A stretch of DNA of 64,000 nucleotides, from positions 49,168,001 to 49,232,000 of the forward strand of contig OZ076409.1 in NCBI GenBank assembly GCA_964187785.1, in the 5' to 3' direction. The stretch is from Amphiscolops sp. MND2022 (Eukaryota). Made by a program: the position numbers and the translations under genes. The notes beneath the pieces are model-generated. The model searched no databases, was not told where the DNA came from, and saw nothing but the letters and a program-made list of their open reading frames with translations. This document shows, in pieces, positions 36,178 to 45,792 of the stretch; the first letter of the stretch is position 1, and each line of letters opens with the position of its first letter.

Positions 36178-39100
36178 CAGATCCTTATGGTCTTAAAAGA
36201 TCATGATCTGCAAAGTGATAATTAGACTCATTTTTGTTCTCTGAGGGAGATGTGCGTATTAGTGACGCCGACGCGCCGGTTATTCGACAACCCTTAGGTT
36301 TGTAACATTCCCCGTTCCATTAAGCTTTTGTGAATCATACGAAACTGCAGATAGGCCTTTTCTTCTTTTGTATGTTCATAGCTTAGATTTTCTGACTAGT
36401 CGATTCGGGAATGTGTGCTTCAGAGACTACGTCATTGTCATCTTTCGAACGCACGTCTCAGCCTCAGGGAGAGTCTACTTTTTTTAACTTACCGATGTAA
36501 CACCCCAGAGAGTATGCTGCCGATTTTGGAATCACGTGTTGTGGTAATTGATGTCCTCGGCGAGTGTTAGACTGCATCTGACGATGAGCTGACGGGGTGG
36601 TTGTTGTTGGTGGAGTCGTCGAATTCTAACTCGTTTATCATCAGTAGGTCAACAAGTCTTCATTTGCCGTTTGGGTTGCGTTGCTCAACTTATCAAGTTT
36701 GCGGGTTTGGAGAATGGGAGGGTAGTGATTATCGTGTATTTTTGCATAGACTCAAGAGCGACTGTGAGGTCTTCTATGACATTGATGGGTACGGCTAGAC
36801 TTTGGGTGTAGACAGAGCTGTTGTTCTTTTTGGTTATTTTCACTTTGAAACGGATGTTGATTCCAATGTCGAGTCGGTGTCTCGTAAACATGTCATTGTA
36901 CTCAATTATGATTGTTTTGAACAATGTATTTGAATTGTAAATTTTGATTTGATTGATTCAATATTCAATCAAAATTGAGAACAAAACTGAAACGCAGGTT
37001 AAACAACAAATTGAATTGAATAATTTTACAGGTACAAGCTATAATACCCTCCTAGCATCATCTGTTCATACTCGCGTACTTTAATTTCCATCGAGATATT
37101 AGTCACTTCCTGTAATTTTGCGGCAAAATTTTGATCTGCGTTAGCAGTTCGTCAATTTTCAAGACACGGCAATTCTAACCTAGTATTAGTCATCAACCAT
37201 GATCATATCATTTCATTCCGGTGTCCTTTTGTTTCCTCCCAAGCAGGAATAGTTATTACTTCAGTCTGTCAAACCGGAAATTTCCCCGTTTTACTGCTTT
37301 GGTTCGTAAGAAACCGACGCGTATATGACGCTGACGTGAACAACTAATACCTGATTTTGAATTTTTACTTGAAGAAAAATATGACTAATTATCTTGATTT
37401 AGACAATTTGGTGATGCTAAAAGAGTGACTGATTTACATGAGGTTAAACAATTATATATTTCAACATTTAACATTTATTTATCTGAATAAAGTTAAGAGG
37501 AACACCTTTGAGCAGCAATATAAGACGACTTGACATCGTCAAACAGCCAATGAATTTATAAAATTAGGTAATCAAAGCATACATTTAAAACGCCTGCTTA
37601 GAGTGCTGAAGATAAACTGTGACTCTCCAATTTAAATAGCGTTAAAACACTGTTATTTTAAGTTAGTCTGAAAAATCCTGGCCTAAATACCATATGCCGT
37701 TGCAATTCAATCTTAGTCGACGCAATGCTGACGTAGAAATGTGTTTTCTCAACTTCTAGTAAATTAGTTGACGTAGCGTTGTCGTAGATTTAAAATTTGG
37801 CTTGGTTAGTTAAATTGTGACGTAGTGTTGCCGTTGATTCATATTCTAGCTTCGATTAGATTTACCGTAGTAAAATAAGGCTTCTTTTAAATTCAATACT
37901 GACTAAAACGCCTAATTTCATAACTTTGGGCCGTAGCGTGGACGTAAATTTGGTATTTTGGACGGATAAAAACAGCTATTTTGATGGAAAATACTCAATT
38001 ACGTCTAATTTCATTAACTTGTCAACGTCATGTTGACGCGTTTTCTTGGCAGAATTTAAGCTTCATAAACTTGTCAACGTCATGTTGACGAGTTTTCTTG
38101 GCAGAAATGAGATTTTGACTAGTTTGACGTGATGCTGACGAGTATTTAGAATTAGACTTAGCTAGTTAGCTGCCAGCCCTGTGACGTCACATTGGCGGAA
38201 AATTGGAATGTTTTCTAGTAAACTATTAGTATAGGCGGATAATCGGAATGATTTTCTGGTATGCGTAGACAAGGCTGTGACGTAGCGTAGTCGCGACGCA
38301 AATTCAATCGTTTTGGCGAAGCGGTGACGTAAATTAGTTTTAGTTTGCTTTTAATTCAATCCAGTCCGGGCGCGGACTGTGACATTGACTTGAACGAAAG
38401 TTTCAGTTGGGAACATACTTACAGACATCCGTTCTTCACCCCAGTCGAAACCACAAAGAGCAAACTGGTGATCGGTGAAGGAACTGATCCGTGCCCATTT
38501 GTTACGGAGTATGGACAAGTCTCCTTGAGTCTGAAGCAAATCCGAGACGATGCTTAGTTTGGTGCGGGCTCGTGACTCAGGCGAGATGAGGGGGAGGGGG
38601 GTTGTTCGGCCTCTGACGAAGTTGTCGTAGAAGGGGAAACGCTCACCCAAATCTACTAATTCAACATTGATTGAATTTGGTAATTCATTTGCCAGCTCTA
38701 TTTTCGTCAGCAGCTTTCCGTTTCGGCCTCAAACTTGGTGTTGTATCTTCCCAGTCACCGGGTCAACACTCCTGAGGTGTTCATACCTCCATCGCTGGCA
38801 CGTCTCAGGTGTTTCTCACTGCGGTGATGCCCAAGCATTTCGAAGTGGCCCTTGGTCTTGATCGAAAAATTCCTCTTACCCACATGACACCAAACCATGT
38901 GTGGGTTGTTTACTGGGTCCGCAGGTCCAGAAATGAAGGACCTTGTCCATCCAATCTTTGCGAAGAACTCATCGCGCACTGGAACTCCACGCTGCTGTTG
39001 TCGCTTGGATCGAACTGGTTTTTTGGACTTACTCCTCCTCTTAGATGTAGAGTCCAGCACTTGTTCCCTCACTTCAGAGAGGGTTATGTCTTGGCTGCTG

Positions 39101-41449
39101 GGATCCGTCTCTAGGGTTTTTTCCTCAACTTGCCCGGGAGAGGTCCCAGGACTAGGGCGCTGGTGAGAGTCATCCTTGGGTCCTGTCTTCAATGCGGCAG
39201 TGATCAAGGCCATTTCTCGGGCGCTGTCGCTCTCTCCAAATGAGGAAGAGACGCCTACTTCCCCAAGATCTGTTGAGTCTGCGCCATGCGTGTCTACATT
39301 TGAATCGCCTCCACCTTCTACATCGCTAGAGTCACTGGAGAGTTCTCTAAAAGGGGTGGAAGCCCTAGCTCTATTGTAGAAGTGTGCTGTCCAGGATGGA
39401 GCTCTAGCAGCCTTGCCCCTCACTGCATCGAGGATCATTCTTTCTCTCCATTGTTACGTAGGACATTCGGAGAGTTTCATCTGTTAGGACCCGCAATAGG
39501 TGGTATACTTGTGGCTCGGTAAAAGCCACTGTGGAATGTCCTGGGGGCAGTTTGATAGCTCGGGCCTCGTCAAAATGGGTCTCAGGAATTTCCCTGGCTC
39601 TTTCTGACAATTCGGGGAGGTTGTCTTTCATCCCTCTGGAAGTTGTGGCAAAGTAACACTGGTGAGAGGGACTAGCAACTTGCGCGGTTGATTCATCCCC
39701 AGCCTCAGTTCCTGACTCCGACGTGTTGGGAATGTTGCCGTATAATTGAAGATATCCAGTGTTGCTTGCCTCCTCAACAGTTTTTTCGCTTTCACTCAGA
39801 TCGGTGAGGAAACGTACCTTCGGGTCATTACTCGGCAGAGCAGGGACTTCATACTTAGACGAGCCATTATCATCATCAGTTTGGGCTGCCAGCGCAGGTG
39901 TCCCTACAGGATTATGGCTTGATGCAGGTAGAAGTTCTGGCAATTGTAATGCTGAAGTGTCAACACTTTGTAAACCAGATTCTAAGGCAGCTAAACTGGT
40001 ACTTGCCGCCACTCGTCTGTCGTTGGAATAGGGGTACTTGACCGCAACATCACTAATGGCAGAAGGCATTGACTGGCCACTTCTTTGGTTTGGATTTCTG
40101 ATCCCGCTTCAGCAGCGAGGGCAACTAGTTCCACATTGGAGGAAAACCCATCAGACTCCATACTTTGAATTTTCTCTTCAGCATACGCGTTGATGTCCTG
40201 TTCACTATCAGCACTATCAGTTGAGGAGGCCAGCAACAGTCTGTGGATCACGAAAGGTCGTGTCCGCGGAAACAGGTGGAGAGGCTACTGGTGGTCTTGT
40301 TGCTGCGTCGTTCTCGGGAATTTGGCTCTCTAAATGAAAAGAAATGAAACTTGGCGGTAAGCTCCCTCGAAATGAATCCACTTGCCGCATTAGAAATCTT
40401 CTGGAAGTGACTCTTGAATTTGAAATACGTGTTTTCATACGTTCAAAGATGGAAAAAGGAAGCGCTTTATGAACAAAAGTTAGCTCTGATCAAGTTAAAC
40501 TAGTTCAAAATATGAAACGTGAACCAACCTGAGTTAGAAGACAATCTATTGCTGTGACGTGATCTTCCAGGAAACAGTCCTCAGTTGGATGATCAAAAAT
40601 TGATGGTGTTTGGGACGTTGGCCGAAATGGGCAAGGAATGGATAAGACCTGGGGAATCCAGGAAGGGATGTGGTTGACAACAAGAGTTGGAGGCAAAGGA
40701 AGATGGAAGTGGGTGAAGAAATCCAGACAATGAAGAATACAAATATAACAGATACAAATTGTAAAAGGAATTGAAATGGAATAACAATCAAGAAGATTGA
40801 AAGTTGGAGTTCGTGGCTGAAGACTTTACCAGACTGATATTATATGGCTATTTACATATTTAAAGTGTACATGGAGTCTGCCAGCGAAATGTACAGGAGA
40901 TTCTTCACTAAATACAACATTATTAGTTAGGAGCCGATTATGGCCGTTTACTCTATTTCGTTTTGCCGTTTTGTTCCGTTATCTTTATCATTTTAGCTAG
41001 AGTTCCACCACTTTGAATTATTTAGAATTATTTTTTCGCCATTTTATCATTCATTTTCATTTCATCGAAGCTCATCTCTGATTGGCTTAAGCCATTTTGG
41101 AAGAAACCTAACGGCGCGTGTCGTTAGTTACACCCAAGCACGCTGCTAATTACCCACTTGATATGGAGATATTTGTTGTTAACAACTCAAAGACTCTTCT
41201 CTCGTCCATTTGAAAAGGTGAGAAAGGGGGTTGCATTCAAGAATTCAAGGACTTGTTACCGCTGGAAAATTCCATTCAGAAATGTTTATGCCGAATTATG
41301 ACAATTTACCGACAACCTAACCGCCAAATACGACTTGCCGGGAAACGGCCCGACTCAGCTTGTTTCAAAAAAATAGATGAAATCAGTCTACTCAATATTT
41401 TTGTCAAAGTCAGCTGCCTTCTGACAAAGCCAAATTGCTAAGAAACTGA

Positions 41450-42238
41450 TAATGCAGAATTTTATCCTATCGAGGAAACTCTTCGATTTCGAAGAGCAGA
41501 GCTGAGAAGACTCGGCAGAGTCTGTCATCTACATCTCAAGCGATGAGGAAGATGAAGATACAGACTTCTATGACTCGGACTGGACATCGGACACCGAAGC
41601 ATTGATCAGCAGGATCGAGAGAGGTCAAATCTAGCCCAATTTTTTTTTGCTGGACGCGCCATGACCACAGAGAGGCTAGATGACGAGATGGAAGCAGCCC
41701 CCAGTAGCTCGCAACCGGTTACGCCAACTACCCCCAAGTTAGGATTTAAATATTTTGACGAAAAACTCTTCTACGCGCCTTCCCGGAAAATAGAAAAGGC
41801 AAAAATTGAGCTCTGCAACACAAGTCTACCAGTTTTGGAGTCACCCATGTCACCCCCCGAACATGAAAGGGGGCCTTCGCTGGACACCCCTATGCCGCAA
41901 TCGACGGTCGATATTTTGCACGCATCCTACCATTAACAGAGTGTACAGCCTTATGCCGACCTTAGCAACCAAAGGTGCCACAGTCGTATGGTATGTGGCA
42001 AATCTGTCGACGAGACAATCAAGAAAAAATAGACTGGTATATTGAGAGGTCTACACCCTGGAGCGAACCTGCCTACATAACAGCCCTGAGACGGGAAGCG
42101 TATACAAACGGTCTTAATGCAGGTAGTTTGCTTTTTCTGGCACCCGCTGTGTCGCAGGCTGCCGCCTGTGACGGCACGAAGAATATAACGACCTTGATTG
42201 GACAGGAGACAGCGACAGGTACTCTCCCTATTTCTTAA
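41450..42238 (+). pseudogene. Sense accessory ORF ('ORF3') of the Gypsy element, ending inside the 3' LTR
   Basis: Fragments VIYISSDEEDEDTDFYDSDW (41520-41585), 41661-41936 and 41975-42238 join through stops/frameshifts. The last ~29 codons come from the LTR. Confidence 0.55.
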
Positions 42239-43947
42239 ACTTAAACTGATAGTGAAAACTTGAACCTTTTGTGTCAATTTTCCATTTTTGCACAATTTTG
42301 TTTTTGATGATGCTACTTATTTTCTTTTACTTTATAAGAATTAGTCTGTTAAGGCTCACAATTGGAAAGATCCAAGTTGAATGTTTTGATGTATAACAGT
42401 GCGATTATATACTCAAAGTAATTGAAGCTAAAATGTAAGTAAATGTACGCTGTATCGGAAACGAGTTCAATTGAACGAAACTCCTATTCCGGAGACGTCA
42501 CTTGAGCTCATTATATAAACCAATCAAATCACTTCATTTGTAATACTAGTATAGCTTTCAATTAGTAATGGCCGAACAAGGCCAGTTGACTTAATATAGG
42601 TGCTTTTGTTTAGTACTTTGATCAAATGGCCGGTTCGGGCTATTTTGTGAAAAGTAATGTTGTTATACCAATTATTTTTGTAATTAACCGGTATTACTAT
42701 GATTTTGCTTCTTGTCCTTAATAATCACCCTTGTGCAGTATTAGTTGCTGAATAAGCTAGATCCGAAATTATTTGACAGCTTAGGCCATTTACCTATTTT
42801 CCTCTGCTGCTAGTTTAATATCATGGATTTGGCCAATTTCGGCCGTATTATGAAAGTGCCTTTGTTCCTATCCAATTATGATGAATTGCATTGTACTGAA
42901 ATGTTTCATGAGCCTATGCATGTGATATCGTGTTTTCTCTCCTTAGTAAACTCAGCAATATTCGCGTGGTGCACGTGTCATTACCGCCTTCTGATGTTGA
43001 CTGCACTAAATTCCGATGATAGCGAGTAGTATTTGTTGACACTTCGATGCTAATAATTTTTTGATGATTTGTTTGAAGTTGCTTTTTAGATTAAATACCT
43101 CTTAGAACGTTGCTTGTTGAACTTCCCGAATTATGTAAACTGTCGGGAAAACGCCATAAAAGTCATGTATCATATGATCTTATCCTTAACTAGAGAATGT
43201 AAAAAACGTGAGTGTCATCCCCTCAGGAGTATATATACAGATATCTTGCCTGAGTGGGACACTTATCAAGTTTGCCTGTTCTAGTAAAGATACTTTTCCA
43301 AACGGTAACTTTGTTAATTTTTCGGCTTAGATAATACATTATTTAACTCGGATTCTTCTCAATGCCTTGTACTAGAAAACAAAAGAAAGCTAGAAAATCA
43401 AGAGGACATGAAATCCTCTCAGATATCGAAAATTTCGACGTTATGTTAGGTGAGAATCACTTCAACGAGAAGAGTAGAGAGGAAATCTTAGATAGCAATT
43501 CAGCTAGAAGGCCTGAAAGTACCACTAGTAACAATCTTGGAAATGAAGAAGAGAAATCATATCTAAATCATAGAAATGTTAGTTGAGGGATCAATGCCGA
43601 GTACGGCCAAAACTTAGTTGATGCTAGCTCTCACGCTGAGATCAATAGACTGTCGAGCGAATTTAATTCCAGAATATTCAGGGAAATGGACGAGGTGATG
43701 AACAGTGTCAGTGTTCAAATACAAAGAGCCATAAATGATGAAATTAGTAATCAGGTTTTGGCCCAGATTCGAAATGCCATTATGGCCGGTTCAGGACACA
43801 TGACCAGAAGAGGATGGGACGTTCCGACTGAGAGACCGGAAACAAATTCTGAAGTTCTGCGAAATGTAGGTACTAGAGATAATTCAAGAAGTGAGCACGT
43901 CCAAAACCGTCAAAATGACGATCAGACTTACCACACTGCTTACGACA
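42150..43947 (+). repeat. 3' LTR (1798 bp), containing a copy of the gag N-terminus (43362-)
   Basis: Matches the 5' LTR; followed by TSD GTTCA. Confidence 0.93.
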
Positions 43948-44739
43948 GTTCAATATCGTTGATTGAAAATATTCTAAGTTGAAATTTTATCAACCGCAGA
44001 TTGAATTCAGCGGGAAACAATCGAAGTCAAAAATTCATCAACCGGAGAGTATTATAAGCAGGTGACATGCAATTTAAGATCTAGCCACCAACGGAAATAA
44101 ATTTAAGATATCAATGCATTGTAATGAAATAGTTTATAGCATACCCCAAGTCCTTGTAAAGCAGTTCTGGGCAGATATCGACTGCCAACAACATTTAGAC
44201 CCTCTTCTGACATTAATTTTGTGTGGAAGCAAAACCCGACTTTTGTTCGCCTCAATGCTGAAAACGACAAATTTAAAATCGTGAAATTTCAACTCGTTTC
44301 GTTCACTACTTCGCTTCCACGATAATTTTTTGTATAAACGAGCAGTTATTTTCAGTGAGTGTTGCAGAAAAGTGGCATCGGTTCGATTAGTTTGTGTCCA
44401 AAGTTTCAGAGCAAGGTGCTACAAATCAGTGGCTGAGAACAAATTGAGTTACTATAGTTTGTTTTTAACTCCGCTTAGAGCTTAACGGAGTTCTGACCTG
44501 CAATGTATCGTTCGCAGATACAAAAGGTCGAATGTGGCTCCATTGCCCTCAGCCTATAAAGCTGGCTGTTCTCAATATTTGAAAATTTTTGTTTGAAAAT
44601 TAAAAAATATATAAATTTAAAAAATTATGATTCCAGGCTGACCATACTCTGAACCATATATGATTCCAGGCCGATCATACTCTGGATCATATATAATACC
44701 AGGCCGATCATACTCTGGTTCATATATCATATATGGTTA

Positions 44740-44972
44740 CCCGGGTTTCCCGACCAGGCCGATCATAATCTGACCATATTATGGCACCATAAAAATCATA
44801 CAAATTTCCTTACTTAGATCTTGCTATGATCGGCCTGGAATCATCATGAGTGCAGGCTGCACTCATGATGATTCCAGGCCGATCATAGCAAGATCTAAGT
44901 AAGGAAATTTGTATGATTTTTATGGTGCCATAATATGGTCAGATTATGATCGGCCTGGTCGGGAAACCCGGG
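44740..44972. mobile_element. Perfect fold-back MITE with TTA TSD (PIF/Harbinger-like)
   Basis: 116-bp arms are exact reverse complements around a single G at 44856; TTA at 44737-44739 and 44973-44975. Confidence 0.85.
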
Positions 44973-45792
44973 TTACAAAAATCAGTCCAACATGGACTTC
45001 AAAATGGAACTCTTGTACCTGTTGTTCGTGATCGTATTCACTGTCACTATAAAAACTTCTGGAAAGACTCCATCTGCTAAATGTTTCGCCCTCGGTGAAT
45101 CAATTCGCTGAAAATGCTTTAAATGATCGATTGCACCATTTTTGTGCCAATGGTGTTTCGTCTCAACGGATTGGGCTGAAGCAAAGTCGTGCCCGAGGAA
45201 CGGTCATTCAATTGATGTTTTCCACTTTCATGTGGTTAACCTCATGGCACAAGAAAGTAGTACATCTAGTTTTTCGCAGTATGCTAACGATTGATAACTT
45301 TTTGAATCGATAAAAAACTGCGGCTGCTTGCTAAATACAACAAGACAAAATAAACAAATTGGAGCAGTAAACAAATTGTCATCGATAATAATTTTCAGGG
45401 AAGCAAGCTGAAGTATACTGTGTCTTCTTCAATGATGTTTTCTCAAAAACTCATTTTTTGCTCTCACTCGTTAAGAAGATGAATTGGGCTTCGAAAATTT
45501 TGTTTCATTTTGTTCCAGTTTGAATCATCATATGAATTGAGACAACACAAAAGTATATTCACCTCATTGGTCTAAGCCTCGATCTACATCTTTTACTATG
45601 AAAGTTTCTGTTAATTGTCAATTTTTCCCGCGTAACAAGTATAAATACATTTAAAAAGTATGAAAGTCTAATTTAATATTCACGATAACCTCAGACGAAG
45701 CTGCATCCGGATCAAAAACAATTCTATTTATTGCAGGTGATCAAAAAAGCCGTATGAGTTTGTTCTTATATGTCCGAAAACATCAGGTGTTC

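Larger units (their letters stand above)
31093..38384 (-). mobile_element. Nested non-autonomous Gypsy derivative with three LTR copies (31093-32744 complete; ~33590-35156 and ~36909-38384 truncated)
   Basis: Minus-strand ends TGTCACAG...CGTAACA; flanks ATGAC (31088-31092) and TTGAC (38385-38389). RT remnant IIEYNDMFTRHRLDIG...TTLPFSK (36685-36924) is homologous to the host element's RT. Confidence 0.85.
29714..40438 (-). pseudogene. Antisense, intron-containing accessory gene of the Gypsy element: acidic/Ser-rich N-terminus, zinc finger and hAT-transposase-like region. Predicted exons ~40329-38423, 31052-30567, 30470-30336, 30257-29714
   Basis: Donors GTAAGT (38422), GTAAGT (30566), GTGAGT (30335). 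Acceptors TTTGTTTCCATTTCAA (31053, AG lost), CTTTCCTTTTAG (30471), GCTTCAG (30258). Motifs VWCHVGKRNFSIKTKG..HHRSEKH, CFGLEFEDEGASRIMSLRFW, ELIEEWKSVIAYL, LLHLSKLCCLC. Frameshifted in this copy. Confidence 0.65.
20939..43947 (+). mobile_element. Giant Ty3/Gypsy LTR retrotransposon (23.0 kb with nested insertions) carrying accessory genes
   Basis: Direct repeats 20939-22738 and 42150-43947, both TGTCGCAGG...CTTACGACA. TSD GTTCA at 20934-20938 and 43948-43952. PBS TGGTGACAGAAG at 22739. PR-RT-(RH)-IN order. Confidence 0.93.

Noticed and set aside
35973..36206. ORF with an 18-aa repeat; CRISPR-like periodicity
   Set aside because: Simple 54-bp tandem repeat with no unique spacers; the ORF is a by-product.
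40546..40791. Hydrophobic ORF as a possible env
   Set aside because: Antisense, only 81 aa, no furin site or fusion-peptide pattern; T-rich composition can explain the hydrophobicity.
41212..41230. Purine run GAAAAGGTGAGAAAGGGGG as the PPT
   Set aside because: It lies ~920 bp upstream of the LTR boundary defined by LTR-LTR identity and the TSD, so it is not a canonical 3' PPT; an internal priming role is not excluded.
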